A stretch of 64,000 nt of DNA. Origin: Bdellovibrionales bacterium (lineage in GTDB: Bacteria > Bdellovibrionota > Bdellovibrionia > Bdellovibrionales > UBA1609). Positions 21,469 to 31,907 of this stretch are shown in pieces; position 1 is the first letter of the stretch, and each line of letters begins with the position of its first letter. The notes beneath the pieces were generated by a model. The model ran no database searches, was not told the origin of the DNA, and saw nothing but the letters and a program-made list of their open reading frames with translations. The DNA is taken from the NCBI GenBank assembly GCA_965219095.1, contig CBDCMT010000001.1, forward strand, positions 896,001 through 960,000, in the 5' to 3' direction. The position numbers and the translations under genes were made by a program.

Positions 21469-22917
21469 GTGTTCTGACCAGTAAATTTTTTCACAATTTT
21501 CAAGCCTTTAATCCAGGTCATTTTATTAAATTATTTTTATATTAAAAAGAATAAAAGTGAAATGTTTAGAGTTATACCAATTCCAAAAGTTAATTCTACA
21601 TTTTCATGTATAAGTTTGGATTTTTACTTCTAGAAATTTATAACTTTTAAGTACGGGTAAAGAGTGTATCAAATTCATTGGAAAGATATGATTCTCTAAT
21701 GTTTATATACAATTTAGTTTACAGGCTCTTACAGGCTCGTCTCATTTTTTATAATGGAACTTTTCTCTGGCTGATTTTCTTGAAAAATTCCATTTTATTA
21801 TAATCTTCCGTCTGTTCATAATATTTACCCAAGCCTTGGTTCTTTTTCTTAAAGTTTCTATGTCAGGTATTCTTGATTTTCCTAAACATTGACGAGAGTA
21901 CATATTGATTGCAATTTCTGCTTGATTTAACCAACTTCCATGATTCGGAGTATAATGAACCTCAAAGCGAGACCATAGATGCAAACCTCGCTCTTTTCCA
22001 TAAAAATCAGTAAGACTTTTTTTTCTATGAGTGTTCAAATTATCCATAACTAGAACAATCTTCTTGGAATCAGAATAATGTCTCTCAACAGAAGATAAAA
22101 ACTTAGCAAAATCCGGACCTGTCCTTCTCTCTGTTACCTTATTCATATAAAAACCTCTCTTAGGCTCCACAGCACAGAAAACATTTGCTGTACCCTCTCT
22201 TTTATACTCATAATCTACTTTTTTTACTTCCGAGGGACGACAACCCGATGGAGGACGAACATCATCAAGTAACTGAAGAGGCTTTTCATCAATACACACA
22301 ACAGGCTTTCCTTTAATCGGAGGCTTCTCATACACTTTCAAAACATCCTCCATCCTCTCTATAAATTCATCATTAAGCTCTGGTACACACCAACTCTTCT
22401 GTTGCCAAGGTTTTAGATCATGTTCTAAAAGAATAATCCTAACTTTTTCTTTGCTAATAGAGTCTACAATCTTGTTTTTTTCTGCCCTCTCTTTAATGAG
22501 CTCTAAAGTCCATCGATCAAAGCCCTCCGGAGGATCTGAGCAGACCATAGCTATAATCTTTGACTTTATGCGATCATCAAACTTTGGAGGCTTTCCAGGA
22601 CGAGGATCATCTTCAAGAGCTTTTTTCAACCCAAAATCCTCATAGTTTTTTTGGATGTTGAAAACAGTTCTAGGAGTTATCTCTAAGTAATCTGCTGTCT
22701 CTACGGCAGTTAATCTTTTGTTCCTTAAGTTTAGAACATTGGCTCGATATATGGCTCTTGGATTTTTAGACTTCTTTATAATTTTAAGAATTTCTCTCTT
22801 ATCTTTTGGCTTTAATAAATTTAACATATGAGTATTAAAACATAATAAAAAAAAATTAAATAAAATGACCTGGATTAAAGGCTTGAAAATTGTGAAAAAA
22901 ATTACTGGTCAGAACAC
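21469..22917 (-). mobile_element. IS630-family element (copy 2) with TA target duplication
   Basis: About 65-bp inverted ends GTGTTCTGACCAGTAA...; TA at 21467-68 and 22918-19 with continuous target sequence on either side. Confidence 0.9.
21742..22827 (-). CDS. IS630-family transposase
   Basis: PRPGKP, CIDEKP, DYEYKREGT, VMDNLNTH, HYTP.HGSWLNQAE. Confidence 0.95.
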   Translation of the reverse strand: MLNLLKPKDKREILKIIKKSKNPRAIYRANVLNLRNKRLTAVETADYLEITPRTVFNIQKNYEDFGLKKALEDDPRPGKPPKFDDRIKSKIIAMVCSDPPEGFDRWTLELIKERAEKNKIVDSISKEKVRIILLEHDLKPWQQKSWCVPELNDEFIERMEDVLKVYEKPPIKGKPVVCIDEKPLQLLDDVRPPSGCRPSEVKKVDYEYKREGTANVFCAVEPKRGFYMNKVTERRTGPDFAKFLSSVERHYSDSKKIVLVMDNLNTHRKKSLTDFYGKERGLHLWSRFEVHYTPNHGSWLNQAEIAINMYSRQCLGKSRIPDIETLRKRTKAWVNIMNRRKIIIKWNFSRKSAREKFHYKK

Positions 22918-23015
22918 TAGAGTGGTGATTCCAATAATGATGACTGCAGTCGTTCTAATGCCTGCTAAAATAAAAGGAAGTGCAAGAGGGATTTCCACAT
23001 ATCTTAAGATTTGAC

Positions 23016-23898
23016 TATGAAAACTTAAAGGTTATGGAAGAAAGAGGGATCAACTATGTGGTGGCTTGCAAATTAAAAACTCTTCCTAAAGAAAAGAAGC
23101 AGGAAATTTTAGATAGCAAAGACTATAAACTGTGTAGCCTTGGGTTTGATCTTTTTTGGAGGAAGGAGTTTGAACATGAATCAAGGAGGCTTGTCGTAAG
23201 CTATTCAAAGAAAAGAACTCATAAAGATAAAAACCAGAGAGAACGTTTGATCAATCGTTTAATGAAAAAAGCAAGAAACAATCAAATTCCTGTCAATCAG
23301 TTGATTTCCAACCACGGAACAAAAAGGTTTATTAAAGTTGACAAAACAAAAGCAGTGATAGATGAGGAGAAAATATCTAAAGAAGCTCTATGGGACGGTC
23401 TTCATGGGATCATTACAAATATTAAAGAAAAATCGGCCCAAGAACTTTTAGAACGTTACCGAGGACTTTGGAGGATTGAAGAGGCTTTTAGAGTGAACAA
23501 GCACTCATTAAAAATGAGGCCTATTTATCATTGGAAGAAAAGACGTATAGAAGCTCACATAGCAATCTGTTTTTTAGCCTATGCCATCTCCTATACGATG
23601 AAACACAGACTCCATCAGGCCGGCCTAAATCTTAGCATTGATAAAATGAGAAAAATCCTCATAAAAGACCAATACAGTGTTTTAGAAGAAAAGGCGACTC
23701 AAAAGTTTTATCAAATTCCTTCTCGAAACACGAAGGAAATAGAGGCCATCTAGAGCCTTTCACCTTCAAAGAAACTCTACCATGAGGCTTCTTTCACAAA
23801 ATTCCACCCAACAATAAATAACCCTGATTCTGTGACCCCAGAATCTCTTAACCTATTGTAATTATTAATTTGTCGCTATGTGTTGTGTCGAAGTCAGG
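23016..23898 (+). mobile_element. IS1634-family remnant (3' half of transposase and right end)
   Basis: WDGLHGIITN, Y.GLWRIEEAFR..K..LKMRPIYHW...RIEAHIAICFLAY; end GTCGAAGTCAGG. Confidence 0.85.
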
Positions 23899-23939
23899 AT
23901 AAAAAACTCAAACAAAAAAACATCAAAGCCTTAGTCCTT

Positions 23940-25122
23940 CACCTTCTTGTATTAACAAGCCTGATCTAGACGGTAAATCAAAAAGACAGGTCACTGGTTT
24001 AAGCCATGATAGTGACCCTAAAGTACTTGCAGAAGGAGGTGAGCTTTTCGAGACAAATTCTAAACCCTTTAGCTGGCCTGGTTTTTAAGGCCTCAAAGGG
24101 AAAAGCAAAAAAAAGATGTAAAATAGGATTTCAAGACTTTATTTATAAACAAACCAACAAAGGAGGAAAATAAAATGTATGATCACTATATAGCCGTAGA
24201 TTGGGCACAAAGTAACATGGCCATTTCAAGGATGACAGGCAAATCAAAAGATATTAAGACTATGGACACGATTTCAGATCTTGGGAATCTTCGTGCCTAT
24301 TTAAAAACTCTGAAAGGTAAGAAGATATTGACTATCGAAGAGACTACAACTTCGATAGTGGTTGTATTCAGAATTAAAGGATAGTGTTGATGAGTTCATA
24401 GTCTGTGATCCTCTTCGGAACAAACTTTTAAGTGAAGGGGCTAAAACTGATAAAATTGATGCTGAAAAACTTGTTTTATTGTTACGCTCTGGCCTTTTGA
24501 AACCAGTTTTTCACTCAGGTGATGAATTCATTTACCTTCGTAAGATTGTCAGTGGGTATGAAGATGTGGTTAAAAGAGGAGTTCGTGTTAAAAACCAAAG
24601 ATCAGCTCTGTTTCGAGCTTCCCATCTTGATGCTAAGAAGCAGACTCAATTAAAACGGGCAGAAGAGATATATTTGTTCTAGAAGGCTTAGATAAAGCTA
24701 TCAGTTCTTATGGGGAGGAGAAAGCACGTTATGAAGCAGAGTTTAAGAGGCTAAGTAAAAAACACAAAGATATTAGAAATCTTAGTAGCATTCCAGGAAT
24801 TGGTTCTATCAAGGCTATCAAGATTGTAGCCAGGGTTGTAGTGCCTCACCGATTTAAACGTAATTCCTGGTGGAGTGGACTGCGGACTTGTAAAGATACA
24901 TAAAATGAGTGGCGGAAGGTCTTATGGAACTAAGAAGTCTAGGTTTTGCCCACAAATGAAAAGTGTTTTTAAGACAGCTGCACTCTCAGTTATAGGAAAT
25001 AACAATGAATTTAATGATTTTTATGAAGAGCTGATCAAAAAAAATTATCCAACACATACTGCTTATTGCTAGAAGAATTGCAACTTTAACTTTAGGTGTT
25101 TTCAAGTCTGGGAAAAAAATAT
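23940..25122 (+). mobile_element. IS110-family element, frameshifted transposase with structured 5' non-coding region; boundaries approximate
   Basis: YIAVDW, KTDKIDAEKL, SIPGIG motifs across 24175..25072. Confidence 0.8.
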
Positions 25123-25216
25123 GCCTCCTCAAAAGAATCTGTGGGTTCCCGGAGGTTCTTTTGAGGAGGCAAAAGGGCTCCTCCCGGGAATCTGTGGGTG
25201 AAAAGTAGCTAGAAAT
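25123..25216. mobile_element. Cluster of three ISL3 ends
   Basis: rc right end 25123-25158, right tip to 25170, AAAAG spacer, left end 25176-25216. Confidence 0.9.
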
Positions 25217-25259
25217 ATAAACCTTATGGAGAACGTAAAAATGTAAATAATAATAAAAC

Positions 25260-26790
25260 GTAACTGCTCACTCTCGTAAGTTTTTATTTAAAGCCATAGA
25301 GATGGCTTCTAAAGAAGAATACCCTCTATTTCTCATTGTTTTAACATAGCTGGTAATGCGACAAAAATATTTCGCCATTTCTTCTGTTCTGAAACACCCT
25401 GACACTTTCTTTTTCACCTTAGTCATTCTTAGATCTCTTTCAGCTCTGTTATTAGTAGAATCTACGTTCTTTCTTTTAGAAAAACACAGTATTTCTGCTT
25501 CATACTTTTTAAATCGCAGCCAAAGGTTTTGAGCTTGTGTGTGCTTTAGTCGTCCTTTCTTGCCATTTTTCTTAGGAAATTCTGGAAGCTCTTTTAAGCC
25601 TTTTGTAAGAATACTCCTATACCTTCTCTGAAGAGTTTCGTACTCTTTTTGAGTCAGAACTCTTGACTCTTTTTTATGAACTAACTCCACAGTCTCTTTA
25701 AGAAGTTTTTTGAGATTTGTAGCCCATTTGAATCCATTGCTTTCTTCTATAAATTTAAGCTCTCTCAAAAGGTGAGCCACACACAAAGCATGAGTTATCT
25801 TATCATAACAAAAGTAAGGACTCCAACAATCATGCACAAGCACTCCTCCATATCTATCCAAGAGACCAATATCTTTTATGGCTTCCCTTCCACCTGAAAG
25901 GTGGAGAAACTGCAAGACTAATTCTCCTGAACTATAAGTATGAATCCAGTAGTTTTTACCCTTAACCCTCATAGAGGTCTCATCAACATGAATGACCTCT
26001 GATTCAAGTATCTTTTCTTTCATCTGCTCTTCCCAACTTTTAAGAAACTCTCCTAATTCAGCAATGTATCTCAACATAACTGCAGGAGAAATCATTCGAC
26101 CTATAAGCCCCATGTAATGTTCCCCAACACGCTCTAAAAGACAGCATCTGAACTATAATGAAATTGATGATGGAAGCTCTAATGCCTATACCATACTGAA
26201 GAGGACCACTCATACCTTTAGGGAATTGACCTTTATTTCTAGCTCCACATGAGGGACAATCCTTAACTTCAGAAGTTACAGTATGGGTCTGAATTTCATA
26301 AAAAATATCAATCTTTTTACGCTTCTCAAGGCTTTTTACCTCTGCTGTCTTTAAACACATCCCACACTGAGAACACTCTGAGGGAGAGACAGTCTCCTCG
26401 CTGTTTTGTATCTTTACTGATAAGTCTAGAGCCCTTTTTCTGACTCCCACTAGCTTTCTTATTACGATTCCCTTGACGACTAAAATCTTGCGAAGGAGGA
26501 AGACCGCTGTTGCTGGAATTTTTTCGAACCTGTTTTTCTAAAAGCACAGCAATCAGAATGTTCACAACCTTAAAGAGAGATTCAAAAACCACAGAAATCT
26601 CAGTAGGCACAGAACCTTTCTTTGCAAACTTATCAAAGTCACTTCTTGTATTTTCAATCTCATTTCTGATGGAGGTCTTATTTATTGTCATTTGAAAAAA
26701 GTATTTAAAAGAAAATCTGTAAGAGCAAGACTTTTATCTTAAAACAGGTCTAAAGTTAGGGATAACTGAACAATGTAGGTGAGCAGTTAC
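25260..26790 (-). mobile_element. IS66-family element (single-ORF type), frameshifted transposase
   Basis: IRs GTAACTGCTCAC / GTGAGCAGTTAC; KNSSNSGLPPS, HVDET, HDCW, C.AHLLREL, TNNRAERDLR..KVK.KVSGCFR. Confidence 0.92.
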
Positions 26791-27204
26791 AAATCAGTTA
26801 CACAATTTGGTTTACAGACTCAATTATAGATTCTCTATTCTTCTTGTTTTGAAGCCTCACAAGTAACATGTCTCATAGGGATGACCAGTCAGTCAAACCA
26901 GAAAAGTAAGTCACCGGTTTGAAGGATGATGTCTGTAGTTTCCTTAAAGTTTAAGAAAAGGCTTGGTCGTATAATTATGCGATCTTCTGTTTAAGTTCAA
27001 AGTTTATTTTTTATTGATTCAATCAGTTTGATCTTGTTCCATAGTTTTCGTTGTTAATTCATATCTTATGAAGATATCCTTCACTTCCTTTCTCATAACA
27101 AGGTTAGCACATTAAATCAACTGACAACTCTAGATCAGGGTAAGTGTTGCTATTGCTCCGAAACACTGAAGTCAGAATAAATAAAAATTATTTAAACAAA
27201 TTCT

Positions 27205-28755
27205 CTACTTCTTTTCTTGAGTAATGCCGGGAGAGACCATTCCTTTTTCTAACTTTAAAATCAGCTTATCGACAAAAACAGCCAGCAAAGCTGCAGGGAT
27301 AGCTCCTAATAAGATCAACTGAGAGTTTAATGTGGCTAAACCTCTAAAAATGGGATCTCCTAAGCCCCCTGCTCCGACTAAGGCGGCTAGAGTTGTGATT
27401 CCGATAATGATGACTGCAGCGGTTCTAATGCCTGCCAAAATAAAAGGAAGAGCAAGAGGGATTTCCACATACCTTAAGATTTGACCATTTGTAAGCCCTA
27501 AGCCCTTTGAAATCTGAATGTATTTTCTATCTAATTTTGAAATACCAGTGTAGGTATTTCTCACAAGAGGTAAAAGAGCGTATGCACATAAAGCGACTAT
27601 AGCAGGTGCAAAACCAATGCCTAAAAGAGGAACTAAAAAACCTAAAAGAGCTAAGCTGGGAATGGTTTGTAAAAGGTTAATTACAGGAAAGAAAGTCTTG
27701 GCTAAAAATTCATAGCGGGTTAGTAAAATTCCCAAAGGAAAACTTAATAAAAGAGCGAAAAAAAGAGCTGTGAAACAAAGGTATAAATGCTCCTTTATGA
27801 TTTTCCACAAATATGATCTTTTTGTAAAAGCATAGTGAAAAAAGTTATCTGTTTTAGAAGTAGTCCTGACCTTCCCTTTTATGAGATTATTTTCTAAAAG
27901 AAAATTGTGAGCTACAGTTGAAATCTCTTGCTTGTCTTTATCTACAGCCTTATTCATAGCTATCATTTCTTTTTCGGAAATAAGATCTTTCATGATATGA
28001 AAAGCTTTTCTCAAAGAAGGGCTTTGCTCTAAAGTTTTTTTCTTTGCTAAAAAACAAGCATAATAAGGGGGAAAAAATTTTCTATCATCTTTGAGAGTTT
28101 TTAAACGATAAGCTTTGATTCTACCATCCGTAGAATAAGCTGTGATAAGGTCTGCTTTTTTATTACGAACAGCAGAGTACATAAGACCCGAATCCATAGA
28201 AAGAATATTTTTAGGAGAGAACTTCAATCCATAGGTTTTTATAAAATGATTAAAGCCATCTGGTCTTTCCATAAACTCATGTGGTGTTGCTATTTTTTTC
28301 TTTTCTACTTTGTTGACCAGATCTGAAACATAAAAAACATCCTTAAAGTAAGGGTCTGATTCTCTAACTGCTATAGTATAGGTGTTATTAAAACCAAGAG
28401 GAGGAGACCATACAAGTTGAAACCTTCTTTCGTACTCTCTTTGAAGAAGGTTATAAATTTTATTAGGATCTTTTAACCCTTTCTTCTTTAAGATCATCAC
28501 ATACCCTGTTCCTGTATAATCAGGGTAGGCGTGAATGTCTCCTGAAAGCAGAGCTTCGAATACAAACTGGGTTCCTCCCAAAGCGTATTTTCTCACAACT
28601 TTTTGAGAAAATTTTTTCTCAAGTAAGAGGGCTAAAATCTCACTTAAAATGATGGATTCTGTAAATTTTTTCGAGCCTATGACAAGAGGTTTTTTAGCAT
28701 GAAGAGTATTAAAATTAAAAAAAAATAAGAAAAGAAAAAAGGAAAACAGTTTCAC
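27205..28755 (-). CDS. Glycine betaine/osmoprotectant ABC transporter substrate-binding + permease fusion
   Basis: IGSKKFTE, YP.YTGTG, GFNNTY, YSTDG, FPPY; QTIPSLAL, GAGGLG. Confidence 0.93.
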   Translation of the reverse strand: MKLFSFFLFLFFFNFNTLHAKKPLVIGSKKFTESIILSEILALLLEKKFSQKVVRKYALGGTQFVFEALLSGDIHAYPDYTGTGYVMILKKKGLKDPNKIYNLLQREYERRFQLVWSPPLGFNNTYTIAVRESDPYFKDVFYVSDLVNKVEKKKIATPHEFMERPDGFNHFIKTYGLKFSPKNILSMDSGLMYSAVRNKKADLITAYSTDGRIKAYRLKTLKDDRKFFPPYYACFLAKKKTLEQSPSLRKAFHIMKDLISEKEMIAMNKAVDKDKQEISTVAHNFLLENNLIKGKVRTTSKTDNFFHYAFTKRSYLWKIIKEHLYLCFTALFFALLLSFPLGILLTRYEFLAKTFFPVINLLQTIPSLALLGFLVPLLGIGFAPAIVALCAYALLPLVRNTYTGISKLDRKYIQISKGLGLTNGQILRYVEIPLALPFILAGIRTAAVIIIGITTLAALVGAGGLGDPIFRGLATLNSQLILLGAIPAALLAVFVDKLILKLEKGMVSPGITQEKK

Positions 28756-29489
28756 TTGTTTTCTTTTCTTTTTCTTTTCATAAACTCAGCTACAAAATTA
28801 TTTTTAGGATTTTCTAAAAAATACTCCTTTGTGCCCTGTTGAACCACTTTCCCTTTGTCCATTAAAAAAATCACATCTCCTAAGCGGAAAGCCTCCTGAA
28901 GATCATGAGTGACGACAATAATAGTTTTGTTCAATTTTTTATTGAGCCCTAAGATCTCTTCATGAAGGCTTTGAGTTAAAAGAGGGTCTAAAGCTGCAAA
29001 AGGTTCATCCATAAGAAGAACAGGAGGATCTTCCATCAAAGCCCTTGCAATACCGACTCTTTGTTTCTGCCCTCCACTTAATTCATGGGGATAGCGATGG
29101 CTGAGATTTTCATAAGATATGGATACAAGACTCATAAGCTCTCTGACTCTTTTCTCCCGCTTTTGAGAATCAAGTCCTAAAATTTTTGCTAAAAAAGAGA
29201 TGTTGTCTTTAACAGTTAAGTGAGGTAAAAGTCCTGCTCCCTGTACAACATAACCAATACCACGGCGCCACTTTATAGGATGTACCTCGGAAGACTTCCA
29301 ATCTCCAATAAAAATCTCACCTGAGGTGGGCTCAACAAGTCTATTGATCATTTGTAAAATAGTTGTTTTCCCACAGCCGCTAGTTCCCATAAAGCAAGCC
29401 ATCTTTCCTTCATTAACCTCAAAGGAAATGTTATCAACAGCTACAATATCTTTTTGAAATTTTTTTGTTAAGCTTTTAACTTTGATCAT
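28752..29489 (-). CDS. Osmoprotectant ABC transporter ATP-binding protein (likely start MIKVK)
   Basis: GTSGCGKTT, LSGGQKQRVG, LLMDEPF. Confidence 0.93.
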   Translation of the reverse strand: MIKVKSLTKKFQKDIVAVDNISFEVNEGKMACFMGTSGCGKTTILQMINRLVEPTSGEIFIGDWKSSEVHPIKWRRGIGYVVQGAGLLPHLTVKDNISFLAKILGLDSQKREKRVRELMSLVSISYENLSHRYPHELSGGQKQRVGIARALMEDPPVLLMDEPFAALDPLLTQSLHEEILGLNKKLNKTIIVVTHDLQEAFRLGDVIFLMDKGKVVQQGTKEYFLENPKNNFVAEFMKRKRKENK

Positions 29490-29490
29490 T

Positions 29491-31890
29491 TTACTTTGAA
29501 TACCCATGGTATTCTTGAGTGGTAAAGGCATCAACCTGTATAGCTTGATCCCTAAGATCTTCTGCATACAGAAGCTCTTCTGCTTCAGTTGAACTTATGA
29601 GCTTCATTTCTAGAGCTTTTGTTAATTGATCCCTCCTTCTCATCTTTCTTGGTATCTTTTTTTCTCTGACAGCTTTTTTGACTTTTTTGCGGATATTTTC
29701 TACTTTCTGAAGGGCTAAAAATGCTTTATCTAAAAGATGAAAACTATCGTTTTGAGGAATAAAAATACCTTTTGTTAATCTTTCTCTGTTTTTAGGAGAT
29801 GTCATAACCTGACAAAGTTTACGTTCTACCTCTTCAGAAGGAAGGCCTTGAAGTTGATTCAAACGAGACCAATCATAAAGTATCTTAAAGAACCAACCTA
29901 AATAAGGAGGTTTAAAGTTTTTTAGTAAAATATCAAAACCTCTTTGAACATGGTATAGAGAAGTTCCACAAGCGTATTCAACATAAGGAAAGTCTTCTTT
30001 TTGACAGCCTTCTTGTTGGTAACGCCACAAGACAGCATGAGATATATAAAGCCATGAGACAATATCTGCAAACTGACCTGTAAGTTTTTCTTTAAATTTA
30101 AGTTTTCCCCCTAGTAAGATCATTGCAAGATCAGCTAACAAAGCAAAACTAGCACTCGCCCAAGCTATTTTTTGATAATATCTTAAGGTACCCTTAGGGG
30201 CTTTAGGATAAAAGTATAAATAACCTCTTGAAAGGCTTAAAATCAAAACACGACATAAAGTGGAAAAAATATGACTTATATGGGAGAAAAAAACTTTATC
30301 AAAATCTTTAAGGTTATTTTCCTCAACAGCTTTAATCTCTTTATAAGCATAGGGATGTGCTCTTAGAAGACCTTGTCCAAAAATCATAAGAGTTCTAGTT
30401 AAGATGTTAGCTCCCTCAACAGTAATACCGATAGGAAGTCCAATATAACCTACAGCTAAAGGATTAGAAGGGCCCATAGAAACGCCTTTGCCAGCAATAA
30501 TATCCATACCTTTGATGAGTGCTGTACGAGAGGTTTCTGTACTATAGTACTTTGCTATAGCTGTGATTACAGGAGGACTGATTCCATCTACAAGAGCTCT
30601 TAAAGTAAAAAGCCTTAAACTTTCTATCCAATAATTACCAGCACCAATAAAACTTAGTGGTTCTCTAATTCCTTCAAATTGTCCAATGGAAACACCAAAT
30701 TGTTTTCTTACCACAGAGTAAGCTGTACACACGTAATGGGTCAGCTTTAAAGAACTCACACTTTGTGAAGGTAAAGAAATTCCTCTTCCCATACCCAAAC
30801 AAGCCATTAACATCTCCCAGCCATGTCCTGCTTTCTCTAAGCCCCCAATAATAGCTTCCTCAGCTATGACTTCCACGTCTTCTCCTTGAATGGGGCAATT
30901 ATTAAAGGGAATGCCCATAGGATCATGTCTTTTTCCTCTTTTAATACCCTTTGTTGTGGAGGGGATTAAAGCCAAAGTAATACCTATGTTTTTTTTCTCA
31001 GATAAGAGATGATCAGGATCTTTGAGTTGAAATGCAATGCCAATCAAAGTGGCAATTCCAGAAAGCGTGATCCATCGTTTGTTCCAATTGATTCTTATTC
31101 CTAATTTCCCATCATTTCTTTTGTACAAAAGGCCTTTTGATCTCAAACTTCCTGCGTCACTACCTGCCTTAGGCTCAGTTAAGCCAAAACACGGAATTTC
31201 TTCTCCTGTAGCTAATCTAGGTAAGTAATAGTTTTTTTGTTTCTCAGTTCCGTAATGGAGTAAAAGCTCTGCAGGCCCTAGGGAGTTAGGGACCATAGCA
31301 GTAACCCCTACAGCTAAGGAACGAGAGGTTAACTTTTCAATCACACAGGCATGTCCAAAGGGACTAAAACCTAAACCTCCGTATTTTTTGGGAATGATCA
31401 TACTAAAAAATTTCTTTTGACAAAGAAATTTAAAGATATCTTCTGGAATATCTCTGTTTTTCCAAATATTCCAATCATCAGTCATTGTGCAGAGTTCTTC
31501 GACCTCATGGTCTAAAAAGTCTTTCTCCTGTTGACTTAACTGAGGTTTTTTGAGTTGAGACCATTCTCTAAACTTAGGGATTCCTGAAAAAAACCCTGAC
31601 TCCACCCATACGACTCCTGCATCTAAAGCCACTTTTTCTGTTTTAGAAATAGGGGGCAGAACCCTTTTCATAACTTTCATAATTATAGCAGAAAATAAAT
31701 ACCTTCTTATGGGAGAAATGTTAACTAGGAGTAAAATCAAAAAAACAAAAAAAGCAGTTTGAGGTGTTGTGTAGTAAAGAGAGAGGCTGGGAAGGGCTAA
31801 AAGCCAAAACCAAAAAGGAGCTCTTAAGTAGCCAAATAATAAAATAAGAAACACTACGAAAAGAGCTAAAAAAAAGGTCATTAATATCAC
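29491..31890 (-). CDS. fadE: Long acyl-CoA dehydrogenase (FadE type)
   Basis: MVPNSLGPAELL, CFGLTEP.AGSDA, GRGISLP, ITVEGANILTR. Confidence 0.93.
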   Translation of the reverse strand: MILMTFFLALFVVFLILLFGYLRAPFWFWLLALPSLSLYYTTPQTAFFVFLILLLVNISPIRRYLFSAIIMKVMKRVLPPISKTEKVALDAGVVWVESGFFSGIPKFREWSQLKKPQLSQQEKDFLDHEVEELCTMTDDWNIWKNRDIPEDIFKFLCQKKFFSMIIPKKYGGLGFSPFGHACVIEKLTSRSLAVGVTAMVPNSLGPAELLLHYGTEKQKNYYLPRLATGEEIPCFGLTEPKAGSDAGSLRSKGLLYKRNDGKLGIRINWNKRWITLSGIATLIGIAFQLKDPDHLLSEKKNIGITLALIPSTTKGIKRGKRHDPMGIPFNNCPIQGEDVEVIAEEAIIGGLEKAGHGWEMLMACLGMGRGISLPSQSVSSLKLTHYVCTAYSVVRKQFGVSIGQFEGIREPLSFIGAGNYWIESLRLFTLRALVDGISPPVITAIAKYYSTETSRTALIKGMDIIAGKGVSMGPSNPLAVGYIGLPIGITVEGANILTRTLMIFGQGLLRAHPYAYKEIKAVEENNLKDFDKVFFSHISHIFSTLCRVLILSLSRGYLYFYPKAPKGTLRYYQKIAWASASFALLADLAMILLGGKLKFKEKLTGQFADIVSWLYISHAVLWRYQQEGCQKEDFPYVEYACGTSLYHVQRGFDILLKNFKPPYLGWFFKILYDWSRLNQLQGLPSEEVERKLCQVMTSPKNRERLTKGIFIPQNDSFHLLDKAFLALQKVENIRKKVKKAVREKKIPRKMRRRDQLTKALEMKLISSTEAEELLYAEDLRDQAIQVDAFTTQEYHGYSK

Positions 31891-31907
31891 AATAATTCCA
31901 TTCTACA

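Larger units (their letters stand above)
21283..23015 (-). pseudogene. Diverged duplicate of the 3' 281 bp of the osmoprotectant permease gene, split by IS630
   Basis: 21283..21468 + 22920..23015 align to 27205..27485 with one extra C. Confidence 0.88.

Noticed and set aside
22980..23015. N-terminus of the 257-aa ORF as a real protein start
   Set aside because: The first 12 codons are antisense permease DNA fused to a truncated IS1634
26822..27180. Possible decayed gene between IS66 and the permease
   Set aside because: No interpretable ORF or motif
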